The notes under the pieces were generated by a model. That model searched no databases. It saw nothing but the letters and a program-made list of their open reading frames with translations, and had not been told where the DNA came from. A DNA stretch of 64,000 nt. Origin: Oscillospiraceae bacterium (GTDB lineage: Bacteria > Bacillota > Clostridia > Oscillospirales > CAG-272). This document shows positions 45,300 to 55,183 of this stretch, one piece after another; the first letter of the stretch is position 1, and every line of letters begins with the position of its first letter. The translations under genes were made by a program, and so were the position numbers. The DNA is taken from contig SVQK01000056.1 of the NCBI GenBank assembly GCA_015065385.1, positions 363,264 to 427,263 of the forward strand, written 5' to 3'.

Positions 45300-47498
45300 T
45301 CAGAACGAAACGGACACCTTGACCGGCTTGCCGTCGCTCTCGAAGGTGAAATAGGAGGTTTCGCTGTCCGGCTCGTAGTCGAAGGGAAGATCCTTCGTTT
45401 CGCCGCCCGCGGTCACCTTCACCGATTTCGGCGGACGCTTCGTCCAGATTCTGGCCTGCGCCGTCATTTCGGAGGGGCCGCGGAAGGTGAATTTCAGGCT
45501 TCTCTGGGAAACCTCTGTCTTTTCGGCGCGTCCGGAGAGGGCGAGGATCGCGGCGGGTTCGGATTTGTCGATCCGCTTCACGTCGAGCCACAGCCCCACG
45601 GAGTCCGGTTTCAGCTCCGGATTTTCCACCACGGGCAGACCGTCGGCGAAGAGATCGATGAAGTCCCCTTCCAGCACGTCGCTTTCGTCGGAGACCTCGT
45701 CCATACGGGCGGTGATCCGGTAAACGCCCCGGCGCAGATCGAGGGTCGCGGTCGGCTCGGCGTTCCCGAGAAGGGCGAGGATCTTATCCCGGTAGTCGTC
45801 CGAGGCTTCCGCGTCAACGGCGAGCTTTGTCGGATGCACGTTCATCACGAGCACCCGGCCGCCTCCGACCTCGTAGAGTCCGTCGGCGGGGGATTTCCCG
45901 AGGCCGAGCGTCAGCGTCAGATGCTCCGTCGGCGTGTCATACCTGTTCGCGCCGCTGTTCCACCATTCGCGCACCTTGTGGAAGCCGTCGCTGCCGTCCC
46001 CGACCAGAATCAGCGTTCCTCCGCTCTTGACCCATCCGGACAGACCTTCGTTGATATCCGGGGAGGCGGGCTTCATGAACTCGTAGGACAGCACGAGCGT
46101 CTTGTAGGACTCGAGATAGGCGGGATAGCGGCGGATGTTGTCGAGCTGAACGGGCCGCGCGGCGATCCCGGCCTTGACCAGAGGAAGGGCAAGTCCGTAG
46201 AAGGGAGAGAACTCCAAGGCCCCGTTTGCCGAACCCGCGTCGATCGATCCGTAGCTTGTCTCCCCGGGGTAGATCCGCTGGAACATCGCGGAATCGGCCA
46301 GGGCAACGGCGACCTCGCGGCTGCCTCTCGGCCATTCGACGTCGTTCTGATCCGCCATATCCCGGAGCGTGTGCATGACGGTCAAAAGATTCGTCTTGTA
46401 TTCCGGCGGGATCCTCACCATGGTGTCATGGGAGGGCTTGAAGTCCTCGCGGCGTCCGCCCGCTTCCGTGAAGGCCTTGAATTCCGCGCGGCGGGCTTTC
46501 AGCGTTTCGTCCGTCGCCTCATGCCGTCCCTTCATGACCCGGCGCGGCCACGGCGAGACCTCGTAGTCGGAGATTTCCGGATGGAAGAGGGAAGCGACCA
46601 CCGTGCGGTAGTAGTTGGCCCGATAGTCCTGCCAGGAGAAGCGCGGATTGTCCTCGATGGGATCGGCCAGATACCACATCCTCCGTCCCGTTCCGCGGAC
46701 CAGTTCCTGCATGACGCCGTATTCGAGGAACGCCGTCTCGAAGGTGCGCTCCTTTCTCACGCCGCGGAAGTAGTTGCGCTCCCGGGAGGTGCCGGTCCAG
46801 ATCTGCGCGATGTAGCCGTCCACGGTGGGCAGGTCGATCAGGGCGGATTCCGGAGAGACGATCTTCCACTGAGTGTAGTTGATGAGGGAGTGCGTGGGGA
46901 CGTAGAACCGGAGCAGGCGGTCGTACTTCACCATGGCGTATTCCTTGAGCTCGGAGCAGAGGCGGTCGAGCGTGCGGGTGTAGAGATACTGCTTGAGCTT
47001 CGAGGCGCGGTACTGCGCGTCGCAGGAGGACTGCGGGTCCTGCCAGTCTTCCTTATAATAGATCTTCCACTCCCGCTTGAAGGCGTCGGAATAGCCGGTC
47101 TCCACCCAGAACTCCGGCTCCTCGAGGTGTATGGCCTCCACGCCGCAGTCCACCGCGTATTTCAGCCCGTCCGCCAGATAGTGCGCGAAGGCGTTGGAGG
47201 GGACCATGTAGGGCACGTCCGGACCGTGGGCGCGTTCTTCGCCGCTCGGGAGCTTCTGCCCCTCGTCCCGGTGGTTGATCCCGTCCCAGCGGGCGAACAG
47301 ATAATCCTGATAGTTGCCCCACGACACCCCGGTCATGAGGTGGATGACGTAACCGGCCTTCTTCCACTTTTTGATCCGGTTTTTCAGATCGTGGAAGCCG
47401 TAGACCATGACAAAGTCGGACTGTACGTCGAAAACGGGCTCGAAATCGCCGCTTTCCTGTACGCCCGTGCGTTCTTCGGTGCGGGGATAGTCTTTCAT
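45300..47498 (-). CDS. Large hypothetical protein, probable glycoside hydrolase-like (TIM barrel plus GATase-like domain)
   Basis: AIHLEEPEFW, IAQIWTGT, LVLSYEFMKP, WVKSGGTLILVGD; AAGGAG RBS. Confidence 0.6.
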   Translation of the reverse strand: MKDYPRTEERTGVQESGDFEPVFDVQSDFVMVYGFHDLKNRIKKWKKAGYVIHLMTGVSWGNYQDYLFARWDGINHRDEGQKLPSGEERAHGPDVPYMVPSNAFAHYLADGLKYAVDCGVEAIHLEEPEFWVETGYSDAFKREWKIYYKEDWQDPQSSCDAQYRASKLKQYLYTRTLDRLCSELKEYAMVKYDRLLRFYVPTHSLINYTQWKIVSPESALIDLPTVDGYIAQIWTGTSRERNYFRGVRKERTFETAFLEYGVMQELVRGTGRRMWYLADPIEDNPRFSWQDYRANYYRTVVASLFHPEISDYEVSPWPRRVMKGRHEATDETLKARRAEFKAFTEAGGRREDFKPSHDTMVRIPPEYKTNLLTVMHTLRDMADQNDVEWPRGSREVAVALADSAMFQRIYPGETSYGSIDAGSANGALEFSPFYGLALPLVKAGIAARPVQLDNIRRYPAYLESYKTLVLSYEFMKPASPDINEGLSGWVKSGGTLILVGDGSDGFHKVREWWNSGANRYDTPTEHLTLTLGLGKSPADGLYEVGGGRVLVMNVHPTKLAVDAEASDDYRDKILALLGNAEPTATLDLRRGVYRITARMDEVSDESDVLEGDFIDLFADGLPVVENPELKPDSVGLWLDVKRIDKSEPAAILALSGRAEKTEVSQRSLKFTFRGPSEMTAQARIWTKRPPKSVKVTAGGETKDLPFDYEPDSETSYFTFESDGKPVKVSVSF

Positions 47499-47518
47499 GG
47501 CTCTCTCCTTTTTATTCT

Positions 47519-48745
47519 TTATTTGCGGGGAATCGACGCGGATTTGCCGTCCTTTTCCACACGGATGCTCTCTCTGCCGACCGTCACGGCGCATCCGGGA
47601 TCCTCGACCGGCGACAGACCGATCTGTCCGGCGGGGACGGGAGGAAGATTGAAGGTTTCCGTTTTTCCGGAGCGGTACCGGAAGGTGAAGGTCCCGTCCT
47701 CTTCCGCCCGGATCTCTTCGACGTAGTCAAGGGAGGCGAAGTAGTCCCACCAGCTGTTCGAGTATCCGCCCTCATGCGTGACGCCGTCCGCGTGGGGCAT
47801 GCAGGAGAACCACCAGCGGTGATGGAGGCGGCAGGCGTGCTTCTCGCAGTCCATGCCGAGGGGAATGTAGACGGAAGGATCGAAGAGTTCCGCCTGTCCG
47901 GTGAGATCCGGATAGTTCTCCTGCCAGTCCCGCCATGTCGAGAGGACGGGATCCGGGTTCTTCCAGTCGTAGTCACGGACGGAGTTGGGGGAGAAGTGGA
48001 CGTTTCCGCAGGCCGCCGTCCCGTCGTAATTGCGCTTTGCCAGAATGAATTTCTGCCAGAGGTTCATCGAATCGTACTGTACTCCGTCCCATTCGTGTTC
48101 CGTGTAGCCGAAGCAGTCCGTTCCGCCCGTGAAGACGTGCATCATGACGTTCTCCATCATGTGGCCGAAGCACTCGAAATTGGCGTCCCGGCGGCTGACG
48201 GACACGTTCATGATCGCGGTGAGCGGGCAGTCCGCTTCGATGGGATCCCCGTTGATCCAGTAGGCGTTTTTCCCCATCATGCAGGCTTCGAAGCAGTAGA
48301 CCGGATCCTGATTGACCAGCAGGATCATGTCGAACTCGCTGTTTCTGCGGCGCTCGATCAGGTCGTGTTCCCGGATCAGCCGGTCGTAGTTGAAGGAAAA
48401 GCCGACGTTCTCCGGGCAGACCTCCTTCGTGAACCACTCGTTCGACCACCAGCCGTACCATCCCTTTTCAAAGAGGCGGCGGACGGTCTCCTCGTCGAGC
48501 GTTTTTGACATGCCGGAGGAAAGGTTGAAATCGATTTTATGGGCGGGAAATCCGTCATCCCGCTCCCAGGAGACGGTTTCGCAGGTCACAAGTCCGTGGG
48601 AACCGAAGCGGATATCGTCGTACAGCTCCAGTACGGAGGGCTCGATTTTGTCGGTCAGTCCCACAAGATCGGAAAGGCGGGAGCCGTCCGAAAACAGGGG
48701 ATTCTGCTCGATCACAAGGATTTTCAGACGGTGGCGTTTGGGCAT
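47519..48745 (-). CDS. Hypothetical protein, possible zincin-like metallopeptidase
   Basis: GGAGG RBS; promoter TTGACA-17-TACAAT at 48770-48798; ECFGHMME and CGNVHFSPNS...DYDW motifs. Confidence 0.6.
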   Translation of the reverse strand: MPKRHRLKILVIEQNPLFSDGSRLSDLVGLTDKIEPSVLELYDDIRFGSHGLVTCETVSWERDDGFPAHKIDFNLSSGMSKTLDEETVRRLFEKGWYGWWSNEWFTKEVCPENVGFSFNYDRLIREHDLIERRRNSEFDMILLVNQDPVYCFEACMMGKNAYWINGDPIEADCPLTAIMNVSVSRRDANFECFGHMMENVMMHVFTGGTDCFGYTEHEWDGVQYDSMNLWQKFILAKRNYDGTAACGNVHFSPNSVRDYDWKNPDPVLSTWRDWQENYPDLTGQAELFDPSVYIPLGMDCEKHACRLHHRWWFSCMPHADGVTHEGGYSNSWWDYFASLDYVEEIRAEEDGTFTFRYRSGKTETFNLPPVPAGQIGLSPVEDPGCAVTVGRESIRVEKDGKSASIPRK

Positions 48746-48845
48746 GGAATACGCACCTCCTTTGTCCCCATTGTACCAGAGGAAAGCCCTTTTGTCAACA
48801 AAAAAGATCGGAGCCGATGTGACTCCGATCCGTTTGGAGAGCATG

Positions 48846-49868
48846 TTATTCCGCCGGATAAATGTGGTGATAACCGCTCGATGTGGTGATGGACCACGGC
48901 GTCGCGGTGTTGGCGGTGTTGGAGGCCGACCCGGACCCCCGGATGGAGGTCTTTTCGCCGACAAGACTGCCCGTGACGTCCCCGCTCACGGTTTCGATAT
49001 TGAACTTTCCCGCGTCGGCGCGGAGAAAATGCACGTCCCCGCTGGTGGTTTTGATATAGCATTGTCCCTCGACGGTCAGGTCTCCGAGTAGAAGATCCCC
49101 GCTTGTGCTTTTCAGGCTTGCGAATCCGACGTTCGTGACGTCCGTTTTGAACTGTCCGGATACGGTTTCCAACGTCAGCGTCTCGGAGGCTGTGACGTTT
49201 TTGAACTCGATATCGCCGCTCGTGGTCTTGACGAACAGGTTGGATTCCGTCCCGCAGTCCCGGAGGAAGACGTCTCCGCTTGTGGAGTTGACCGTGATCC
49301 CGCCGCGGACAGAGCTGCCGATCACCGTGACGTCCCCGCTCGTCGTTTTGAACTTCAATTCATCCGCGGACGTGAGGATCCAAAAGATCTCTCCGGAGAG
49401 GGTCGTCACCTCTGCCGAGCCGAACGGAAACGTTGTGTTGCAGCGGAAATCCCCGCTCATGGATTCCGCGTGAAGGTCGGACAGCACATCCTGCGGCAGG
49501 TACAGCTCGACGGACGCGCCGCCTGTTTCGAAGAAGCCGATGCGCCGGTTCCACGGACGGGCGTCCTTCTGGGATACGGTCAGCACGCCGCGCTCCACGG
49601 TCAGGGTCACGGGCGCATCCTCCGCGGAGGTGACGACGGCGCGAACCTTGCCGTCCGGGAGGGGATTGGGATTCAGCGACAGAGAACAGTCGAGCAGCTT
49701 CGCGTCGATGGAGGAGAAGGGTTCCTCCACGGAGATCTCTTCCGTTCCGTATGTCCTGCCGCTGAATCTTCTCACGTCAAATCCGACCCGCGCGAGCGCG
49801 GTGAAGAAGAGCGCGGCTCCGGCGAGGATCAGAGCGGCCGCGGTGATGCAGAGATTCTTTTTCGTCAT
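48846..49868 (-). CDS. DUF4097 family beta-strand repeat (adhesin-like) membrane-anchored protein
   Basis: About nine (T/S)xSG(D/E/Q) repeats; N-terminal TM helix. Confidence 0.88.
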   Translation of the reverse strand: MTKKNLCITAAALILAGAALFFTALARVGFDVRRFSGRTYGTEEISVEEPFSSIDAKLLDCSLSLNPNPLPDGKVRAVVTSAEDAPVTLTVERGVLTVSQKDARPWNRRIGFFETGGASVELYLPQDVLSDLHAESMSGDFRCNTTFPFGSAEVTTLSGEIFWILTSADELKFKTTSGDVTVIGSSVRGGITVNSTSGDVFLRDCGTESNLFVKTTSGDIEFKNVTASETLTLETVSGQFKTDVTNVGFASLKSTSGDLLLGDLTVEGQCYIKTTSGDVHFLRADAGKFNIETVSGDVTGSLVGEKTSIRGSGSASNTANTATPWSITTSSGYHHIYPAE

Positions 49869-50515
49869 GATCTGCGCTCCTTTCGATCAAACAGGGAGAG
49901 GACGCCGCGAAGCGAGGACACGGTCAGCCGGGCGGCGAAACGGGTTGCGGCGATACAGAACAGGAAGAAGAAAATCGCCAGACCTATGGCGGCAAGTCCC
50001 ATCCCGAGGGACGCCATCGCCGCGGACAGACCGTTCTCCGCAAACAGGGGGACGGACGAGACGATGAGAAGCGCGCCTCCCCCCGCCAGCCCGGCAAACA
50101 CCGCCCAGGACGAGACGATGAGCGCCCAGAGAACAACATACAGACTGAATAAGACAGCTCCCGCCGCGATCAGCAGCGAAATCCAAACGGGGGAGGAGAC
50201 GATGAGCAGCGCGACGAGCCACGGTGAACGCTTTTTTCTCTCCGGTTCCGAGGCGACTGGATCCGGAGCGCGGGCTGCCCGGTCCGGCTCCGTCTTCGGG
50301 ATCGCGGACAGGGAGGCGAGAACGGCGCGGAACACGTCGTCCGGATGACCCACGGCGGCAACGGCCTCTTCCTCGCTCATGCCGTCCTCCATGCGGTCGT
50401 CGATCATTTCTTCGTAATAATTCAGCGCGCGGACGGCGTCGGAGGGCGAGATCCTTTCCGGCGTAAAGGATACGAGCTTTTCCGAGAGCGTCCGCAGAAA
50501 CACGGTTTTGGTCAT
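49865..50515 (-). CDS. DUF1700 (HAAS domain) membrane protein
   Basis: YYEEMIDDRMEDGMSEEEAVAAVGHP, followed by TM helices. Confidence 0.9.
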   Translation of the reverse strand: MTKTVFLRTLSEKLVSFTPERISPSDAVRALNYYEEMIDDRMEDGMSEEEAVAAVGHPDDVFRAVLASLSAIPKTEPDRAARAPDPVASEPERKKRSPWLVALLIVSSPVWISLLIAAGAVLFSLYVVLWALIVSSWAVFAGLAGGGALLIVSSVPLFAENGLSAAMASLGMGLAAIGLAIFFFLFCIAATRFAARLTVSSLRGVLSLFDRKERRS

Positions 50516-50865
50516 GGGATCCGATCTCCTTCCTTGACGGAATGGTTTTCTTCGGGAGAGGGCGGCCTTGTGATGAACCGGTAGACGGCGGTGAGCTCGC
50601 GCCATTCCTCTCGGAACTGACGGATGCGCTCCTCGCCCGCCGGTAAGATGTGATAGTACTTTCTCAGCCGTCCGTTGTGGGTCTCGTTCCGGACGGAGAG
50701 CGCGCCCGCGGCCTCCAGACGGCGCAGGATGGGGTAGAGCGTGGATTCCGAAATCGACACATAGGGTTTCATATCCTTGATGATCCTGTAGCCGTAGGAA
50801 TCACCGTCCCGGATCGCCGACAGCACGCAGACCTCGAGCAGCCCCCGTTTCATCTGTACGTCCAT
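50512..50865 (-). CDS. PadR-family transcriptional regulator
   Basis: DSYGYRI, ESTLYPILRRLE, GRLRKYYHI. Confidence 0.93.
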   Translation of the reverse strand: MDVQMKRGLLEVCVLSAIRDGDSYGYRIIKDMKPYVSISESTLYPILRRLEAAGALSVRNETHNGRLRKYYHILPAGEERIRQFREEWRELTAVYRFITRPPSPEENHSVKEGDRIP

Positions 50866-50884
50866 GCCATACCTCCTTTCGCAC

Positions 50885-50916
50885 AATATTATACGTTGCA
50901 TAGTATTCGCTGTCAA
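50885..50916 (-). promoter_or_regulatory. Consensus promoter with an overlapping palindrome (probable PadR operator)
   Basis: Minus strand TTGACA-17-TATAAT; AATATTAT-N7-ATAGTATT inverted repeat at 50885-50907. Confidence 0.75.
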
Positions 50917-50998
50917 GTGCCTCTCGTGTTTTTTCATCGATCTTTAATGAATCGAAAAACCGTCTCTTCGTATCATGGAAGGACGGTTGAAGGACACT

Positions 50999-51700
50999 TT
51001 ATTTTGATAATGGGCGGGTCGGTTTGCGCTCCCAGCTCAGGGCGTTTTCGTCGAGGAGGGAGCGGCCGCAGCGGCGCAGGGAATCGGTCTCGCGGATCAG
51101 GGCGTCCGCGGTCCGCTCGATCCACTCCTCCGCGAGCGCCGGGGTGAAGACGGAAAAATCCTCTTCCCGGGGAGAGCGTTCAGGCGGGTCGAAGTCGCGC
51201 TCCATGTCGGCGAAGAATCCCGCAATGTCCATGGAAAAACCGGCGAACAGCGGATCCCGGGCGGCTTCTGCGATCACGTCCGGAGAGGGGACGGCGTCGG
51301 AGCGGGTGAGCCCGTAGCGGGAGATGACGGACGGATTGAGCAGCCGGTAGTCCCGGTGAAGAGAGCGCACGGCGTCCCGGCTCACGGGATACCACCCGAT
51401 TTCCGTGTAGAACATCTTCCGGTGAAGCACATCCCCCGCGAGATGGAGGTAATAGCCGAACACCAGATCGTCGGAGAGCAGGCGGTCGGAGAACTTCGCG
51501 CGGAATCCGGAGAGATCGAGGGTTTTCCGCCTTCCGCCGTCGAGCAGCTTCGGGTAGTGGGCGATCTTCACGGGCGGATCCCCGGAGAGAAGCTCCGCGT
51601 CCGGCACGACCGATCCGATCCGAAGCCGCACGGGATCCCGGAAGGAAAACGCGCCGAGCAGCCGCTCCGTCACCGCGAGATGGAGAATGCGCGAGGGCAT
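50999..51700 (-). CDS. Zinc-dependent phospholipase C-like / metal-dependent hydrolase
   Basis: MPSRILHL, GSVVPD, AHY, GYYLHLAGD. Confidence 0.75.
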   Translation of the reverse strand: MPSRILHLAVTERLLGAFSFRDPVRLRIGSVVPDAELLSGDPPVKIAHYPKLLDGGRRKTLDLSGFRAKFSDRLLSDDLVFGYYLHLAGDVLHRKMFYTEIGWYPVSRDAVRSLHRDYRLLNPSVISRYGLTRSDAVPSPDVIAEAARDPLFAGFSMDIAGFFADMERDFDPPERSPREEDFSVFTPALAEEWIERTADALIRETDSLRRCGRSLLDENALSWERKPTRPLSK

Positions 51701-51701
51701 G

Positions 51702-52724
51702 TCAGACTCCCATCCACTTCCGCGCGGCGGCAAGGGCGGGGATCCGGGCGGTCAGGGCGCGGAGGGTGCCGGACACTTCGGACGCGCCGACCATGCGTGC
51801 ATGGGAACGATCGTGCGCACGGTCTGCGTGATCGTCGTCCTCGTCCCCGGATGCGCGGCGGATGTTGTAAGCCAGCCAGTCGAGCGGTCCCCGGAAGGAG
51901 GCGTCGAACACGGCGTCCCAGTCCTCGTCTTCGATCGAGCGGACGGCGCGGTAAGCGTCGAGCAGCGCGCGGAACAGCACCTCGTCCTCCCCTCCGGCGC
52001 CCTTGTCCGACCATGCCAGCAAAACGTCGGTCAGCTCCGAGGCGGGATCGGTCTCCCCGGCGGACTCCCAGTCGATGATGCGCGGAGCGGGCCCTTCCCA
52101 CAGGACGTTCTTCGGGTCGAGATCCCGGTGGCTGAGGACGGACGGCAAAAGACGCGCGGCGCGGGCTTTTTCCTCAAGCCCGTCGAGCAGGGGAACCGCG
52201 TCCCGGAGCGGATCGAGCCATGACGCGCCGGGGCAGGATCGGGCGGCCTCGTCGGCGATCTTCGCCCAATCGCGCTCGATGGGCTCCGATGAAGAGGGGG
52301 CGGGCGGAATCGTGCCGGAGGAAAAGAGCGCGGCTCCGGCTTCGTGCATCTTCCCGAGTACGTCTCCGACGGCAGCGGCGTGCCGGGCGTTCAGCTTCGG
52401 CGGGAAGATCGGGCGGCAGGCGAGCCACGGGTAGAGCATGACGTACTCCCCGCCGATGAGGGAGACGGGGGAGGAATCCTTTACGACGGCGGCGACGGCG
52501 GGAACAACCTCCGCCATGGCTCTTGCGATCGCCTCGGAGCGGATCATGTTGTCCATCGCCTCCGGTCTCTTCATGACAGCGGGATTGAGGATCTTCAGGG
52601 CGAAGGAGCCTTCCTCCGCGTCGAGACGGTAGGTGGTGTGGAGCAGGCCGCCGAGAACCGGGGAGGGGGCGGAGAGCAGGGAACCGATGCCGTAATGCGC
52701 GGCGATTTCACGGAAGTGGATCAT
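51702..52724 (-). CDS. Aminoglycoside phosphotransferase / choline kinase-like family protein
   Basis: GGLLH, ALK, SHRDLDPKNVL, IIDWE. Confidence 0.87.
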   Translation of the reverse strand: MIHFREIAAHYGIGSLLSAPSPVLGGLLHTTYRLDAEEGSFALKILNPAVMKRPEAMDNMIRSEAIARAMAEVVPAVAAVVKDSSPVSLIGGEYVMLYPWLACRPIFPPKLNARHAAAVGDVLGKMHEAGAALFSSGTIPPAPSSSEPIERDWAKIADEAARSCPGASWLDPLRDAVPLLDGLEEKARAARLLPSVLSHRDLDPKNVLWEGPAPRIIDWESAGETDPASELTDVLLAWSDKGAGGEDEVLFRALLDAYRAVRSIEDEDWDAVFDASFRGPLDWLAYNIRRASGDEDDDHADRAHDRSHARMVGASEVSGTLRALTARIPALAAARKWMGV

Positions 52725-52745
52725 TTGGGCGGACCTTCCTTTCTG

Positions 52746-53531
52746 TCAGTCTTTGTCTTTTTCAGCCCGTTTTGCCGCGAAACGGACGAAGTCTTCGATC
52801 ATGGGCGGATAGACGAGGGATCCGTCCGGACCTGCAGCGTAGTTGTAACCCGTGTGTCCGTAGCCCTTCATCTCCGTGAAGCGGACGCACTCCTCCGGCC
52901 ATCCGAAGTGGAGAAGCGTCCTTGCCATCATCCGGTTCTGTTCGGGCCGGTTGACCATATCCCCGTCCGCGACGATGAGAGCGACTGCAGGCAAGTGTTC
53001 CGGATCGGCCACGGGTCCGGCGAAATACACCGGAGCGGCTTCGTCCACCCGGATCAGTCTGGTGTCAAGCCCGCGCTCGCGCAGTACGTTGAAATGAACC
53101 GTCGGCTGGCCGCTGTCGCAGAAATACCCGGCGATCTGACGCCTGTCCTGACTGCGGATCCCGTGGGCGGCGAGATACCGCTCGTCCATCGCCAGCATCA
53201 TGGAGAGATAGCCTCCCGCGCTTGATCCGCCGACGCAGAGCGGGCCGTGAGGCAGATTGTCCTTCGCCCACGAAACGCACAGCGCGGCGTCCTGGATGAA
53301 GTCCGGAAAGCGGGCTGCGGGATAGAGGCGGTAATCGGCAGTGAGGACGCTGATCCCCCGGGCTTTCAGCTCCGAGAAGACGGGATCGGATCCGTTCCCC
53401 CGGTCGCCGCCCTCGAGTCCTCCGCCGTGGAAGAAGACGAGCAGGGGGGAAGAGGCGGGATCGTCCGCGGGATACCAGTCCGCGAGATGGACGGGATTCG
53501 GCCCGTAGGAAAGCGCGCGTTTTGTGTCCAT
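52746..53531 (-). CDS. Alpha/beta hydrolase (HSL-type esterase)
   Basis: FHGGG, DYRLYP, GSSAGG nucleophile elbow, GYGH. Confidence 0.9.
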   Translation of the reverse strand: MDTKRALSYGPNPVHLADWYPADDPASSPLLVFFHGGGLEGGDRGNGSDPVFSELKARGISVLTADYRLYPAARFPDFIQDAALCVSWAKDNLPHGPLCVGGSSAGGYLSMMLAMDERYLAAHGIRSQDRRQIAGYFCDSGQPTVHFNVLRERGLDTRLIRVDEAAPVYFAGPVADPEHLPAVALIVADGDMVNRPEQNRMMARTLLHFGWPEECVRFTEMKGYGHTGYNYAAGPDGSLVYPPMIEDFVRFAAKRAEKDKD

Positions 53532-53658
53532 GACAAATACCTCGGTTTCTCCGGATTTGCTTTTTCTCATTATATCGGAAAATCGGCAAAAATGCAACGG
53601 GATCCCGCAACCTTTTTCCCGGAATCGGCCTTCGGAGGACAAATTTACCGGAATCGAC

Positions 53659-53687
53659 TTGACATCCACCGGCAAGTTTTATATAAT
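53659..53687 (+). promoter_or_regulatory. Consensus sigmaA promoter of the xyloside operon
   Basis: TTGACA, 17 nt spacer, TATAAT. Confidence 0.85.
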
Positions 53688-53754
53688 GTGTTCAGTCAAC
53701 TTAAAAAACCGGTTTCCGGAGTTTATCCGGGCCGGACGAAAGGAATCCCCTGTT

Positions 53755-55179
53755 TTGAACAAACGCATTGCCGCGCTGATTTTGTCTTTCTGCCTCGCGC
53801 TCGCCGCCGTTCCGCTCTTCGCCTCTCCCGCGTCCGCTATCGGAGAAGTCATGAAAGCGGAGCGGGGAACGCCGTGGATCGACGGGGAGATCGACGCGAT
53901 CTGGAAACGGGCGAACCGCCAGAAGCTGACCCACAGGACCGGAGGGGAAGGGACGCGGGAGAATTCCCTGTGCCACGTCTCGGTGCTCTGGGACGACGAG
54001 GCGCTGTACTTCCTCTTTGAACTGACGGACAACGACTTCACCTTTGAAGCCGAGCCGGGATCCCCGCTCAACGACTGTGTTTACTTGTACATCGACGAGA
54101 AGGACGTGTTTGGAACGACGTGGAAGCCGGGCCAGACGAGGATCTGCCTGACGCCCGCCCCCGGACTCTCCCTCTATCCCATGGACGGCGACGCTCCGGC
54201 CGATTTCGAGATGGCCTACGCGATGGATATCGACGGCCACTGGAACATCGAATTCAAGTACGTCCCCCATACGCTGAATCTGGCGAAGGTCGAGCGGATC
54301 CTCATGGATTTCCAGTACTGCGACGCGAATCCGGACGGATTTGTCGAAAGCATCGTCAACTGGTCGGACGAGCAGGGCGAATGCGAAACCGACAGCGCGA
54401 GCTGGACTTACGTCACCATGAAGCGGACGGCATCCGGCACGAGCGGAGAGGGATTCGCCACGGTCGAAGAGGCGGCCGCTTCGATCAACCGCACGCCGGT
54501 CTATCCCCTGCGGTTTATCAGCGGAACGAACGGAAATCATAACGAGGGCGCGGCGAACATCTGGGACGGCAACGTCGGAACGAAGTTCTGCACCTCGGAG
54601 TTCTCCATGAAGTCCGTTGTGCGGATGAAGGGGCCGACCGTGCTCGACGGACTCATCATGGCGACGGCGAACGACAACTCCGCCTACAACGGCAGAAACC
54701 CCGACGAATGGAAGATTCAGGGTTCGAACAACTCGCAGGACTGGGAGGACATCGTCACCGGCGACGAGAGTTTCTTCGACGAAGTGGACTTCACCTATTT
54801 CGCCATGCGGGTGGAGAGCGACAAGGCATACCGGTTTTTCCGGTTCTATAACCGAAGCTGCAAATCCGGCTGCTGTCAGATCTCCGAGGTCGTGCTCTGT
54901 TCCACGGATCAGGCCGTGAAGGATCTGGACAACGTGACCGAAGAGGTCGAGCACGTTGACAAGGAAACCCTCGTGCAGTACGAAAATCCGGCGCGGCTTG
55001 CGGCGAGAGCGCCCGTATCCGCGGAGGAAGCCGTCAAGCCGGTCGAAACTGTGTCGGTTGCCGAAGAAAAGAAAGTCCGGAGCACGAGCGTTCTCCCCGG
55101 CGTGATCACGGTCTCCGTGATTCTTGTCGGACTCGGAGTCTTGGCCGTTCTCGCTCCGAAATTCAGAAAAGAGGATTGA
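53755..55179 (+). CDS. Surface protein: signal peptide, CBM9-like domain, discoidin/F5-8-like domain, C-terminal TM helix
   Basis: TTG start; TPWIDGEIDAIW...LWDDEALY; NIWDGNVGTKFC...TANDN...PDEWKIQGSN...QISEV; TM helix plus KFRK. Confidence 0.78.
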   Translation: MNKRIAALILSFCLALAAVPLFASPASAIGEVMKAERGTPWIDGEIDAIWKRANRQKLTHRTGGEGTRENSLCHVSVLWDDEALYFLFELTDNDFTFEAEPGSPLNDCVYLYIDEKDVFGTTWKPGQTRICLTPAPGLSLYPMDGDAPADFEMAYAMDIDGHWNIEFKYVPHTLNLAKVERILMDFQYCDANPDGFVESIVNWSDEQGECETDSASWTYVTMKRTASGTSGEGFATVEEAAASINRTPVYPLRFISGTNGNHNEGAANIWDGNVGTKFCTSEFSMKSVVRMKGPTVLDGLIMATANDNSAYNGRNPDEWKIQGSNNSQDWEDIVTGDESFFDEVDFTYFAMRVESDKAYRFFRFYNRSCKSGCCQISEVVLCSTDQAVKDLDNVTEEVEHVDKETLVQYENPARLAARAPVSAEEAVKPVETVSVAEEKKVRSTSVLPGVITVSVILVGLGVLAVLAPKFRKED

Positions 55180-55183
55180 CGCC

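Noticed and set aside
48846-49500. Periodic repeats as a CRISPR or DNA repeat array
   Set aside because: They are degenerate protein-level TxSGD repeats of DUF4097, not identical DNA repeats with spacers.
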